From the IMG/VR virus record IMGVR_UViG_3300001528_000259, positions 74,725-138,724 of that record: a stretch of 64,000 nucleotides of DNA; one strand, written 5' to 3'. The notes under the pieces are model-generated. The model did no database searches. It worked only from the letters and a program-made list of their open reading frames with translations, and was not told the origin of the DNA. The position numbers and the translations under genes were made by a program. Positions within the stretch are counted from its first letter, which is position 1, and every line of letters starts with the position of its first letter. Of this stretch, positions 22,341 through 32,509 are shown in pieces. This DNA is from a virus (taxonomy: Duplodnaviria; Caudoviricetes).

Positions 22341-24383
22341 TTAGTTCATTCCTGTTACGCTTGACACATATCCAAGAGCTGACGAACCACCGTTAGATCT
22401 CGCCCACTTTAAATAAACGGTTGATCCTGTGTAATAAATACTAAATACCACATAATTTAACTCATCTGCAATCTGATACTCGGTAGCGGTACTGGTTATC
22501 ATTGTTTTTGGGATAACCAGAGTTTCAGAGCTAGATCCGGACTTCGGGCAAGCCTTTATTATATAAGCATTGTAAGTTCCCAATGTACCAAGATTTACTG
22601 TAGTTGAGGTGTTATTCAGCGTTCCGGTCCATATGGTTGAAACAGAAGGATTCTTAGATTCTTGCCAACTTACCCATAACCCAGACATATACATTGACGT
22701 AAATTCCTTTGCTTGAGGCATAAAATTTATTAAAGCCCTAAGCCAGACGCGGACAGTGCCATCGTTGTTATACTTAAACGATTCAACAAGAAACGGGTAC
22801 GAACCCAATAAACTATGCGTAGTCGAAGGAATATATATAAATTTCATATATCCATCTTCCGCGTTATATGCATAGTTTTGGATTTCAGTATTCATAGCGA
22901 GGTCAGTCGTTCCAGTTCCAGTTACTATAAGAGGAGATTCACGCGGAATTGTTGTCGGTACATTAAAACGGAAATCATTTTCTCCCCAATCAAATACCGG
23001 GATACTTTTATTAATCCGATATACTGAGCTTACTCCTACGGTGTTAACCGCGTCATATGCTGTCACTTCAACATCGTATGCACTAGTATATGATACACCA
23101 GTTAGAGAGCCGGTTGCGGAATATGAATTTCCAGAAATTGTTGTAGTAAGATTAGTATAATCTCCATAGCTTCCACCAACAGATTTTACACGTGCTTTAA
23201 CAGTCAGAGAGTTTGTTGTCGTTCCAAAACTTCCAGAGAAATAATTACCGTTTGATGAAACACTTACAGTATCCGAGTCAGAAGTTCTCTGTGTTGTAAC
23301 ATTGACCGTAAGAGGAATGTATTCAATAAGAGTAAGTTCAGGAACAGAAATACTGCTTGAAATTCCTCTGCTGTCTGTTATGGTAACCGTTACAGTGCTG
23401 CTTTCGACGGAGTTCAGCGTTACATCGGCTCCGCTTCCGCTCACGCTACCACAAACGACGCGTACAGAAGCTATGGAAGCGCCGTTCTTCGCTGTCGCAG
23501 TAGTTTGTACCTGAAGATTAGAAAAACCTTTCACGAGTTTTGAGGAATCCCCCGTCAAGGCAAGTGTCAGAGAATTAACGTCGGCAGCCGTCACAGAAGC
23601 CTCTGGTAGATTTTCGCTTTCACGAACAGATGCCGTCATATAAGTCTCATTTGTGCCCATTGAGGTACTTCCGCTAAAGGTTTCACATAGTATGTATATC
23701 TTTATCTCTTTACTATTCGGGATTAGCTGATACACAGTTTCCGGTACAGTCCATCCATACTGCGTAACGGAAGTATTGGCAATAATCTCGGTATAGGTAC
23801 TCTGTCCTTCTATTTTATATGAAAGAGTACTTGTATTCGCAGTATTGTTCTTATTAATAACAATAGTGCTCACCGCTCCAATATAGGCATCTGTTGCCGT
23901 CACGGTGTTTTTTCTTGCAATTGCCGGAAGTGTAGCGGTAACAGATACCGTTCCGGTTGCGTCTTTATTAGGAGTATATGTTGTGCCTGTTACAGTAAAT
24001 TTCCATGTACCATCGAGCAAAACATTCTTGGCGGATCCATTAGAGCAGTCAACCGATACCGTTCCCTCGTCGATTACAGTACCTTTTTTATAGCTGTATC
24101 CTCCTTCAGAAAATGCGGAAAGTTCCCATTCGCCAGAAGGCTTCTTCGTGCCAGAAAATGCCGTTGTTCCATTGATTGTACTGCTGTACGTTGTGCCATA
24201 CCCATAAAATGAGGAGTTTATTGTACAAGCAAGCACCATTTTCGTTGATACCGTGTGATATCCCGTCGTAGTATTAGGTACGGTCTTGCCATAAAGCAAA
24301 ATATAGTATCCGTAACTTCCACTCTGCGGCGTAAGCTTTGACGATCTTCCAAGGTATTGATATTCACTTGTCAAAGTTGCCAT
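22341..24383 (-). CDS. Siphovirus minor tail protein (DUF859-like)
   Basis: TLPAIAR, ITDSRG, GNYFSGSFG and PVFDWGENDFRFNVP motifs; Thr/Ser-rich beta domains. Confidence 0.7.
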   Translation of the reverse strand: MATLTSEYQYLGRSSKLTPQSGSYGYYILLYGKTVPNTTTGYHTVSTKMVLACTINSSFYGYGTTYSSTINGTTAFSGTKKPSGEWELSAFSEGGYSYKKGTVIDEGTVSVDCSNGSAKNVLLDGTWKFTVTGTTYTPNKDATGTVSVTATLPAIARKNTVTATDAYIGAVSTIVINKNNTANTSTLSYKIEGQSTYTEIIANTSVTQYGWTVPETVYQLIPNSKEIKIYILCETFSGSTSMGTNETYMTASVRESENLPEASVTAADVNSLTLALTGDSSKLVKGFSNLQVQTTATAKNGASIASVRVVCGSVSGSGADVTLNSVESSTVTVTITDSRGISSSISVPELTLIEYIPLTVNVTTQRTSDSDTVSVSSNGNYFSGSFGTTTNSLTVKARVKSVGGSYGDYTNLTTTISGNSYSATGSLTGVSYTSAYDVEVTAYDAVNTVGVSSVYRINKSIPVFDWGENDFRFNVPTTIPRESPLIVTGTGTTDLAMNTEIQNYAYNAEDGYMKFIYIPSTTHSLLGSYPFLVESFKYNNDGTVRVWLRALINFMPQAKEFTSMYMSGLWVSWQESKNPSVSTIWTGTLNNTSTTVNLGTLGTYNAYIIKACPKSGSSSETLVIPKTMITSTATEYQIADELNYVVFSIYYTGSTVYLKWARSNGGSSALGYVSSVTGMN

Positions 24384-25192
24384 TAGATATCACCTCCTAT
24401 AACAAAGCATGCTGTTCGATTTCCTTCATAATTTTCAAACCGTGAGTTGCCTATTACAAGATAATTGTTAACCGTGGCATTTATCGCGGTTACTCCCACA
24501 TTGTTTACTGTCATAATATTCTCTTTCCCTTCTCCTACAATTCTGTTAACATATGTTCCAGTGCCGTTAATTAAAGTTTCTACATCTCCATCACTTATAC
24601 GCATTCCATCGCTATTAAAAGTATAATTATTCTCTGTTGTAACGGAATGAATCTCACTTATTGCATCAGATACTATAAGATTTACTTGCTCAGCGTTTAC
24701 CATCGTATCAAGACGATGAGAAAGGTTGGCAATTTCAGAGCTAAGATTTTCATTAACTTGGGTAACCTGCGTACTAATCGCAACATCACCGTCAGCAATT
24801 TTACCTTCAAGCTCGGTTTTAACAAACTGAAGCGCGTTGGAGGATGTGTCCTCAGCAGAATCCTGAGCAGCAGAAACTTGATCCTGAACATATTCTTCGG
24901 TTGCAAGTCCAGCAACTTTGCCATCAACATATGTCTCGGTTGCGAGCCCAGCAACTTTATTGTCAACATAGGTTTCAGTTGCAAGCCCAGCAATAGATTG
25001 AATTGCGCTATCTGCTTTTTGAAGTGAATCTTGTACATCCGACGCAAGATCAGTTTTTGCAACTTCATCCTTTGTTGCAAGTTGACCAAGAGTTGGTTTA
25101 TTTTTTATATAATCAGCCTTTGTTGAGTCTGTCTGTGTCCAGTTAGACTGCGGAACAGTTGTGGCAATTGTATTTCCTATAATTTTAGACAT
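24383..25192 (-). CDS. Minor tail/fibre protein with 13-aa tandem repeats
   Basis: QSNWTQTDSTKADYIKNKP; AGLATETYVDNKV-type repeat x3; C-terminus resembles the end of siphovirus Tal proteins. Confidence 0.6.
   Translation of the reverse strand: MSKIIGNTIATTVPQSNWTQTDSTKADYIKNKPTLGQLATKDEVAKTDLASDVQDSLQKADSAIQSIAGLATETYVDNKVAGLATETYVDGKVAGLATEEYVQDQVSAAQDSAEDTSSNALQFVKTELEGKIADGDVAISTQVTQVNENLSSEIANLSHRLDTMVNAEQVNLIVSDAISEIHSVTTENNYTFNSDGMRISDGDVETLINGTGTYVNRIVGEGKENIMTVNNVGVTAINATVNNYLVIGNSRFENYEGNRTACFVIGGDI
24878..24992 (-). repeat. Three ~39-bp in-frame tandem repeats
   Basis: Encodes AGLATETYVDNKV / AGLATETYVDGKV / AGLATEEYVQDQV; boundaries approximate. Confidence 0.7.
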
Positions 25193-25676
25193 TTGTTATC
25201 ACCTCCGTAATTGTTGCCTGTATTGTATAATCATTTTTTGGAACCTGTCCTATACAAAAAACAGAAACTTCACCATTCTCATTTTCTGTAACAAACGCCA
25301 AATCTTTTTCATGAAAAATCACTAATTGCTCTGAGCTCGGTTGCAAGTCAACTTTGCTATTTGGCGTAATATTTGCATTAGATACTGTAACTACTTGATA
25401 CCATCTATTATCACTAGCCTGAGTCCACTTATCTGCGTATATCGTTACAGAAATAGGCTTTGGCAATATGAAGCTGTCTACGCTCATATACTCAAGTTGA
25501 GAAAATTCGTGAATTCCATCTCCTATTTTTAATCGAGGAACACCATTGTCATATTCAAGCACCAATTCTCCGGCGAGCGGTATCATATGATCTGGCTGAT
25601 TTTCATAATCAGCCCAGTCATTTCGACCCGTGCTGTCCTTCCAGCCTCTACGCAATTGACATATATATTTAGCCAT
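25185..25676 (-). CDS. Fibre-associated protein with Mtd-N/hyaluronidase-N-like module
   Basis: QLRRG...PLAGELVLE...LKIGDG...FSQLEY motif. Confidence 0.65.
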   Translation of the reverse strand: MAKYICQLRRGWKDSTGRNDWADYENQPDHMIPLAGELVLEYDNGVPRLKIGDGIHEFSQLEYMSVDSFILPKPISVTIYADKWTQASDNRWYQVVTVSNANITPNSKVDLQPSSEQLVIFHEKDLAFVTENENGEVSVFCIGQVPKNDYTIQATITEVITNV

Positions 25677-27115
25677 TATGAACCCGCCCCTTTAACTTCT
25701 GTAATAGTCGCCTGAATAGTATAATCGCTTGTGGGTTTATTATTAAGCGCATACACAGTAACTATTCCACCGTCATTTTCTGTCATAAGTGATATACCCA
25801 AATCTTGTAATGTTGCAAGCTGTACCGCCGTTGGTTGAAAATCAACCTGACTATTTGCCGTTACGCCACTAACCGATACGACCTGAGAATATGGACTTGT
25901 GGTTCCAGTCCAAGATGACGCAGAAAGTGAAATTGTAGTTATTAATTTTGGTTCTACTGCCCCTATGTTTGTACGAACTTGTGTCTTTTGATCTTCGGTA
26001 AGGGTCTGAGAGTCGAGAAGAAGAACTTCATCTTCGCGGGCAAGTTTAACGGAACCATCATCTTTATTCGTACCGGATGTAGAGCCTACGTAGACATCGC
26101 CAGCATACCAAGCGTTGCCAGAACGATCAAGTGTGTAAGCATTCGAGCGTTCAGACTCACCTCCACCGTTTCCAGCTATTTCAAGTAGCCCCGATTCATC
26201 TTTTATATTGCATGAACCAAAAACGTGTTGATATTGTGATGCTGCAATTGTTCGTCTTCCTTCTGCGTGAGACCAGTTTGCAGTTGACGTAGTAATACAT
26301 TCAATCCCATTCGCTGTTGAATTTGGTCCGGAGGCTTGACAATTTACTCCTTGTGCAAAAGAATTAGCTCCCGGTTGATATTCTGTTTTACATCCGATAG
26401 TTTTAATAGCTCCCCCCGTAAAAGGATTTTCTTCACTTTTGGGAATAGCATTAATGATATTAAAATTTTCATCAGGTAAATACTTTTTAGAAAGTGCTGT
26501 ATATTCTTCTTGAACAATTTTAAATTCTGCTTCAGGAGTAATAGTAAAAGCGTAAGTGCGCATATTTGCAGAAATAGTATAATCTCCTGCATTATATTCA
26601 TAAGTAAAATTTCCAACGTTTTCAGTTGGAACATCATAATACATGGTTCCATTAATCATAAAAGTAATTGAATCTAAATTGTATCCATGTATGCTTTCAT
26701 AATTTTGCATCGTAGCATCAAGAATAGTTCGTTTAACATAATGAGTCCTATTCTTCACATAAGCCGGCGAAGTCTCATCATTTTCATTCCAATCAGGCTG
26801 TTTACTGGCAAGTGCAGTTTCTACATCTGCAAAGCTATCGATAGTTGTGCCATCTTTAATAGCGGTAATAGCAGACTCATTAGCAGCGGCTTTCGTAGCT
26901 ACTGTACCAATACCCGACTTAATCGTATCTAGAGATGTTCCCATTAGAGTCTCTGCGTCTTTGGCGTTAATTTGTTTTCTCTGCAGAACGCCATCTGCAT
27001 CTATATAGTCAAAAAAGAGGCTTCCATCGTCAACACAAAAATAGACGTAACCGTCATGCTTCTCAACGGCGTCTAATGCAGCACGACTGCCCCTAAATGG
27101 TTTCCAAAGCGCCAT
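25676..27115 (-). CDS. Tail fibre/adhesin-like protein
   Basis: QPDWNENDETSPAYVKNRTH, SFAQG/SHAEG adhesin-head repeats, QTLTEDQKTQVRTNIG. Confidence 0.65.
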   Translation of the reverse strand: MALWKPFRGSRAALDAVEKHDGYVYFCVDDGSLFFDYIDADGVLQRKQINAKDAETLMGTSLDTIKSGIGTVATKAAANESAITAIKDGTTIDSFADVETALASKQPDWNENDETSPAYVKNRTHYVKRTILDATMQNYESIHGYNLDSITFMINGTMYYDVPTENVGNFTYEYNAGDYTISANMRTYAFTITPEAEFKIVQEEYTALSKKYLPDENFNIINAIPKSEENPFTGGAIKTIGCKTEYQPGANSFAQGVNCQASGPNSTANGIECITTSTANWSHAEGRRTIAASQYQHVFGSCNIKDESGLLEIAGNGGGESERSNAYTLDRSGNAWYAGDVYVGSTSGTNKDDGSVKLAREDEVLLLDSQTLTEDQKTQVRTNIGAVEPKLITTISLSASSWTGTTSPYSQVVSVSGVTANSQVDFQPTAVQLATLQDLGISLMTENDGGIVTVYALNNKPTSDYTIQATITEVKGAGS

Positions 27116-27208
27116 TTATTTAATCTCCTCTCTGAGTAAGAAATTATTTTCAAAATTAATTTTATATTATTGAATTGATTGTTTAGAGTATAATTTTTGT
27201 TTTCGAGT

Positions 27209-27931
27209 TTATAAAGTATATTTTTCATCATCATCTGCGAATAATTTAGTTATTTCATCGGTAGACAATTCATTGTTCCAAATACGTATAATGCTAACCG
27301 CACCCACAAAACGTCCAGTACCTTCGCCATTAAAAATATATGCCTTAGTCGATGTAATTGCAGAATTTGTGCTTGATGTTAACCAAGAATTATTTATGCC
27401 ATTAATATACATTGTCATAATACCTGATGAATTAACAGTAAGTACAATATGGCAATAAGTTGGAGTTTTACTAGTTGTAATTGTCATTGCGGTTGTAGTA
27501 TCTAGAATAATTCCGTAATCTGTTGTAGGATAACAAGTAATTCCATCTCCCCAACCGTTTTGTGTTGGACCTATACCAAATAACATACCAGGATGATTTT
27601 CCTGAGTTTTATAACATGAATCATCAATTCGAGCTTTAAATTCAAATGTGAATGGATATGTTATAGGATCTATTGTCGTAGAAATATAAGTTTCCTCGTT
27701 TTGCATCTCTAATCCATCTTCAGAAAGTGTACATCCAGACGATAATGAAATATCTCCCCATTTTGTGCTTCCTTCATCATATGTGTCTGCGGTTGCTATA
27801 TTAGAAACAGTTTCTTCTGATATAGATGGTGGAATAGTTACCCATGAATATACTAAAGTTGTACCATGATATATTTTTTTAATTTGGGTCGAACCAAATA
27901 AAACACGTTTAGCTACAGTAAGTTTTATCAC
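27209..27931 (-). CDS. LamG/concanavalin A-like domain protein
   Basis: HIVLTV...MYING...IRIWNNELSTDEI signature. Confidence 0.7.
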   Translation of the reverse strand: MIKLTVAKRVLFGSTQIKKIYHGTTLVYSWVTIPPSISEETVSNIATADTYDEGSTKWGDISLSSGCTLSEDGLEMQNEETYISTTIDPITYPFTFEFKARIDDSCYKTQENHPGMLFGIGPTQNGWGDGITCYPTTDYGIILDTTTAMTITTSKTPTYCHIVLTVNSSGIMTMYINGINNSWLTSSTNSAITSTKAYIFNGEGTGRFVGAVSIIRIWNNELSTDEITKLFADDDEKYTL

Positions 27932-27934
27932 TTA

Positions 27935-28177
27935 TCATCCTTTTATAATATACAAAGTAGATTCATCTGGAGACGATATGGCATTGTATTCACTTTCTGT
28001 AAGCAATACAATAGACATTTTTTGTTCACTAAATACATTTGAGTTAAGTTGTAAACGCTCACCTTCAAGATCTACATATACATCCTTAGTGTCTTTACAT
28101 ATGTATATAGTACCATCAGAAATTTCTGTAGAAGGTAGATTACTTGATTGCCCATATTTGTGTTTTAAACTAACCAC
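27935..28177 (-). CDS. Small fibre-associated protein
   Basis: N-terminal fibre docking-like module plus LTESEYNAI...DESTLYII tail-fibre motif. Confidence 0.55.
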   Translation of the reverse strand: MVSLKHKYGQSSNLPSTEISDGTIYICKDTKDVYVDLEGERLQLNSNVFSEQKMSIVLLTESEYNAISSPDESTLYIIKG

Positions 28178-28197
28178 TAATACATCCCCTTTAATGT

Positions 28198-28232
28198 TTA
28201 ATGTAGGGAAGTTGTTAGCTCCCCTACATTAA
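28198..28232 (-). terminator. Stem-loop after the 597-aa fibre gene
   Basis: TTAATGTAGGG...CCCTACATTAA inverted repeat. Confidence 0.5.
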
Positions 28233-28248
28233 GTTAATTTATATTAGA

Positions 28249-30042
28249 TTAAAATTCGCCCCAAACTAGTAAACTGTCGGCATATGCCTTAGCATTGGTT
28301 TCAGCAGTAGTAGCAGAGCCCTTAGCATCATAGTTCTTAGCAAGACCATCAGCATAAGTCTTAGCATTGCTCTCTGCGGTGCTAGCATAACCCTGAGCAG
28401 TCTGTAGATTTGTAGCATCAGCGGCGGCTAACTCGGATTCCTTACCCTCAGCACGAGTCCTTTCAGCAGCAATAGCGGCAGCATTGTCAGCAACGCCCTT
28501 AACTAGACCAGTAGCGGGATTCTCACCTTCAGCGGCTTTACCAACAGTGGTTTCCAAAGCTCCAACCTTATTAGTTAGAGTGGTGGCAGCTTCGCCGTGA
28601 GTGTCAATATAATCCTGAAGCTCCTTTAAAGTGTCAATAGCAGCATCGCCAGTTTCAGCGGCGGCAAAGAAGGCATCAATGTCAGCTTGTGCAGCATCAG
28701 CAGCATCTTTAGCAGCCTTAATAGCGGCATCCTTAGCATCTGCCATAGCCTGAGCTTCAGTCTTGGTAGCGTAATCGCCAGCAGCCTGCTTGCCATCAAG
28801 TGCGGCTTGTAGCCCATCAACATCAGCAATAGCATGCTTCTCAGGGTGAGTATAAACAACAGTCTCAACACCGTCAATCTTGATACTACCATTGGTATCG
28901 GAAGCCTCAACCTTATTAGCACCGTCAGACATAGCGGCTAGACGTGCAATCTCAGTATCAGCAATTAGAGACTTACCAGTTACCTTATCAACTTTCTTAC
29001 CAAGCTCAGTGGTCATAGTGTCGGAGTCTGCCTTCTTAGCAATGTCAGCCTTAATGTCGGCATCGTCATAATTGGTAACACTAGCAAGTCTTTCAATTTC
29101 AGTATCAGAGATTAGAGATTTGCCCTCGACCTTATCAACCTTACCAGCAAGAGCAGTATTTACCTCAGTCTTTACAGCAGCAGCATCAGCAGTAGCTTTT
29201 ACAGCAGCAAGAGCAGAGTCGTTAGAAGTCTTGTATTCATCAATAGCAGACTGAGCATTCTCACCAGCAGTCTTGGCAGCAGCAATTGCGGTGTCCTTGC
29301 CATCGGCATAAGTCTTAGCCTGAGCTAGAATGCCACTGGTCTCATTATTGATATCAGCGATATCATCCTCAACAGCCTTAACACGAGCATCGTTGGAAAC
29401 CTTATAAGTTTCAAGTGCAGTATTCGCATCAGTGCCAGCCTTCTTAGCTTCTTTAATAGAAGTCTCAAGAGTAGTCTTATCAGCGCTGGTTAAATGGTCA
29501 GCAACAACTGCATCCCACTTAGTCTTATCACCGTCTTCAATCTTAGCTAATTCAGTAGCATTAGCATGAGAGTGCTTCTTAGCAACGGCATCAGCTAGAT
29601 CTGCTTCAGTCTGAGTATAGGTATCAAGAAGAGCCTTATTTAAGTGGCTATGATTACCCTCTGAAGCAGCATTAACCTTTTCTTTTAACGCAGTAGAAAG
29701 ATTAGCCTCTGCAACCTCAGACACATAAGCCATAGAACCTAAACCAAGTAACTCCTTCATCTCCTCGGCGGTAGGTTGCTTATTGATCTGAGTCCAAGTG
29801 GTTCCGTTCCACTTAGCAAGAATGTTTTCTGCAACACAGTAATACATGCAATTCTGGTGAGCACCAGCAGTGGGTAGAGCGGCAACATTTGCAACCTGGA
29901 TAAAGTCACCAAGTCTCTTCATGCCTGTGCCTGTACCAAGATAAATCGCACCTTCATCAGTGGTAATGTATAGACCACCAGAAACACCAGACTCAGGTAG
30001 ATTTGCAACTAAACCTTTGTAAAATTTTAACATATCAGCCAT
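28249..30042 (-). CDS. Ala-rich coiled-coil fibre protein (head or tail fibre)
   Basis: KVDKVEGKSLI repeats, AKTYAD repeats, IDTLKEL motif, HSHAN motifs. Confidence 0.7.
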   Translation of the reverse strand: MADMLKFYKGLVANLPESGVSGGLYITTDEGAIYLGTGTGMKRLGDFIQVANVAALPTAGAHQNCMYYCVAENILAKWNGTTWTQINKQPTAEEMKELLGLGSMAYVSEVAEANLSTALKEKVNAASEGNHSHLNKALLDTYTQTEADLADAVAKKHSHANATELAKIEDGDKTKWDAVVADHLTSADKTTLETSIKEAKKAGTDANTALETYKVSNDARVKAVEDDIADINNETSGILAQAKTYADGKDTAIAAAKTAGENAQSAIDEYKTSNDSALAAVKATADAAAVKTEVNTALAGKVDKVEGKSLISDTEIERLASVTNYDDADIKADIAKKADSDTMTTELGKKVDKVTGKSLIADTEIARLAAMSDGANKVEASDTNGSIKIDGVETVVYTHPEKHAIADVDGLQAALDGKQAAGDYATKTEAQAMADAKDAAIKAAKDAADAAQADIDAFFAAAETGDAAIDTLKELQDYIDTHGEAATTLTNKVGALETTVGKAAEGENPATGLVKGVADNAAAIAAERTRAEGKESELAAADATNLQTAQGYASTAESNAKTYADGLAKNYDAKGSATTAETNAKAYADSLLVWGEF

Positions 30043-30087
30043 AATTATTTTCCTCCAAAAAAATAAATAATAATTTTATATTGTTAA

Positions 30088-30810
30088 TTACCATTGATAA
30101 ATAGTAACATTGGCAATCTTGCCATTAATAATAATTTTAGGCATTGTTTCATCATTTAAAACAGTGTCCTTCGCAGTATAACCGCCATATATAATTTGTT
30201 CGCAAGGTAACTCATTGTCACTCATAACAACAGTTATCTTAGCAAAACTAGTCGTTTCCTTATTATAAGGTTGAATAGTAACAAGCCCCTGATCCTCATC
30301 AGTATATGCGGGATTAGTAGCTAATACCTTATTGTTTCTAATATTAATAGTGCAAACCTTGTTGCCCTTAACCCCAAGTCTAATACCACCAGCGGTCATT
30401 TCAATAACATTGCCATTGATATTAATTAAACCATTATCAATTGTTCCATAAACATTTATAATGTTGTGTATGCAGCAACCAGAAGTAAAGTAATTATTAC
30501 TAATAGAACTACCATTCATAAGCTGAGCGTTAGGCTCAATTAAATTGTACATCTTGCCATTTATACCAGCATTATCGCCAAAAAAGTTATTTTCAACAAC
30601 TAACTTGACAGGGATGTCATTATAGATTCTTAACCAATAATTCTTTACTGCGCCTTCGCAATTCATGCCATACACACGACAATTCTTAATAACAACGCTA
30701 GAAGCATTCTTAACGTCAACATAACCGTTACCAGTAAAGTCAAAGCCGTCCAATACGACTTCAGCTCCGGTACCATTAATAGTTAGTTTCTCAGAAATTA
30801 CAGTTGCCAT
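30088..30810 (-). CDS. Right-handed beta-helix (pectin lyase-like) protein
   Basis: Asn ladders (VIKNC, VENNFF, ISNNYF, INGNVI, IRNNKV); perfect SD. Confidence 0.65.
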   Translation of the reverse strand: MATVISEKLTINGTGAEVVLDGFDFTGNGYVDVKNASSVVIKNCRVYGMNCEGAVKNYWLRIYNDIPVKLVVENNFFGDNAGINGKMYNLIEPNAQLMNGSSISNNYFTSGCCIHNIINVYGTIDNGLININGNVIEMTAGGIRLGVKGNKVCTINIRNNKVLATNPAYTDEDQGLVTIQPYNKETTSFAKITVVMSDNELPCEQIIYGGYTAKDTVLNDETMPKIIINGKIANVTIYQW

Positions 30811-30813
30811 AAA

Positions 30814-32007
30814 TTACACCTCCTGTTGATAATTTTGGGCAACGCCAGCATTTTCGCCTTCAACAGTTACGCTCTTTTCAACAGCAACCGCTTCGGACAC
30901 AGTACCGGTGCTCATCTTTACAACAGCTCCGCTATTTGCAGAGGCGATTGCAGATGCAACAGTAGTAACATCGGCGTTCACAATTTCGGGTAGTTCCGCC
31001 CAAGTATAAGAAGCGCTCATATCTCCAATAATATCACTTAATTTTTCGCCGTTATAAACAACTTTATCAGCATCAATATCTTTCAGCGTCAACACACCAT
31101 TTTCATCAATATCAAACTGTTCAGCATTTGGTATACCAACAGTTTCGGAAATGATAGATGTAACATCTTCCTTAGTAGCGATATTTGCATTTAATAGACC
31201 ATTCACAGCGGCGAACATTTCCTTGGACATAGCACCATCGGAATTCTCTGTAGCAAGCTCAAGAGCAAGTGCTCCATTTACTGCAACGAGACCATGAGTT
31301 ACATCAGCCAATTTGACACTGATTACATTATTCTCGATAGCAATACCAGAACCAGCCTCAAACTTATCTACGAGTTCTTTAACGGGAACGTAGAGATTAG
31401 ATGCACCCGTATCATTGAAGACCATCTTAATATAAGGATCTCCTATAACTGCACCATCATAAGGAACATTCGCTTCAGCTACAATTTCAAGAGTAGCAGA
31501 TTGAAGAACCATGTCTTTTGCTATGTTGATAACATCTCCAACATAGGTAACATCGTTTCCGATTGTCTTTTTGAGCTTGTAACTTGCAGCATAACCATCT
31601 TCTGGAGTTGTCTGTTTTTCAATAGCGTACTCAGGCATTTGGGTCGCTTCGGCATAAAGACCGTCTTCTTTAACGGTTAAAATATTACCATCGACAGTTG
31701 ACAAGCCAACACCGATAGACTTACCGCCACCTTCGGCATCAGTAATTACGATAGTACCATCTACAGGTGTAAGATTTACAATACCGCCGCCTGACGCTGC
31801 AAGGGCATCAAGTTTTGCTTTATCTTCTGCTGACAATAATCCTGCTGCCTGCGCAGTAGCTAATGCCCCAGTGCCAAACAAAGTAGAACCTTTGTATAAC
31901 TCTTGAGTTTCCTCAATCCAATATAAGGCATTACTTTCTTTGTTTTCCAAAGCATCAAATGTCGAACGAAGCTTCACAGATAAAAATTTTACATTTGCCA
32001 TATTCAT
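30814..32007 (-). CDS. Fibre-associated structural protein
   Basis: GLLSAEDKAKLD, NILTVKEDGLY, INIAKDMV, AGSGIAIENNVIS, DGAMSKE motifs typical of phage fibre proteins. Confidence 0.6.
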   Translation of the reverse strand: MNMANVKFLSVKLRSTFDALENKESNALYWIEETQELYKGSTLFGTGALATAQAAGLLSAEDKAKLDALAASGGGIVNLTPVDGTIVITDAEGGGKSIGVGLSTVDGNILTVKEDGLYAEATQMPEYAIEKQTTPEDGYAASYKLKKTIGNDVTYVGDVINIAKDMVLQSATLEIVAEANVPYDGAVIGDPYIKMVFNDTGASNLYVPVKELVDKFEAGSGIAIENNVISVKLADVTHGLVAVNGALALELATENSDGAMSKEMFAAVNGLLNANIATKEDVTSIISETVGIPNAEQFDIDENGVLTLKDIDADKVVYNGEKLSDIIGDMSASYTWAELPEIVNADVTTVASAIASANSGAVVKMSTGTVSEAVAVEKSVTVEGENAGVAQNYQQEV

Positions 32008-32075
32008 TATTCCTTTCTAAAAAATTATATATGGAATCCATTAAAGGATAACCAACAGATTTACATACGGAAGGG

Positions 32076-32498
32076 TCAAATTTCTTCCCAAATCGGGCAA
32101 CTACCAGCCGTAAATTTTTCGTCTATGTAATCATATATCTTCTTTTCTATGTCTCTAACCGCGCCAACAGTAGTTACAACATTATACTCTTCACCCTCCG
32201 GGATAGAGTCTACATCAATCGCCGGTGCGTAGATTGTTTGCAACCATTCGCTCCTATCCGGAGACATCATATAACCATTGCGCGTTTCTCTGACATAATA
32301 TATAACACCATCTGCAGCGCAGGGGCATTTTGGTAAATCTGCGAAAGTTGGAATAATACGAATACCATCAGTTAAAATCTGATTGCCTTTAAACATTTCC
32401 CCCGTATCTTCGCAGAAATAAAGAGCATATATGTCATACGTGTCACGATTGAGATAACGCTCTTTTGTCGTTCTTACAAATTTTACATTTGCCGCCAT
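32076..32498 (-). CDS. Fibre-associated protein
   Basis: Shares an N-terminal module (VKF...ALYF.EDT.E.FKG) with its neighbours. Confidence 0.55.
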   Translation of the reverse strand: MAANVKFVRTTKERYLNRDTYDIYALYFCEDTGEMFKGNQILTDGIRIIPTFADLPKCPCAADGVIYYVRETRNGYMMSPDRSEWLQTIYAPAIDVDSIPEGEEYNVVTTVGAVRDIEKKIYDYIDEKFTAGSCPIWEEI

Positions 32499-32509
32499 AT
32501 ATAATCACC

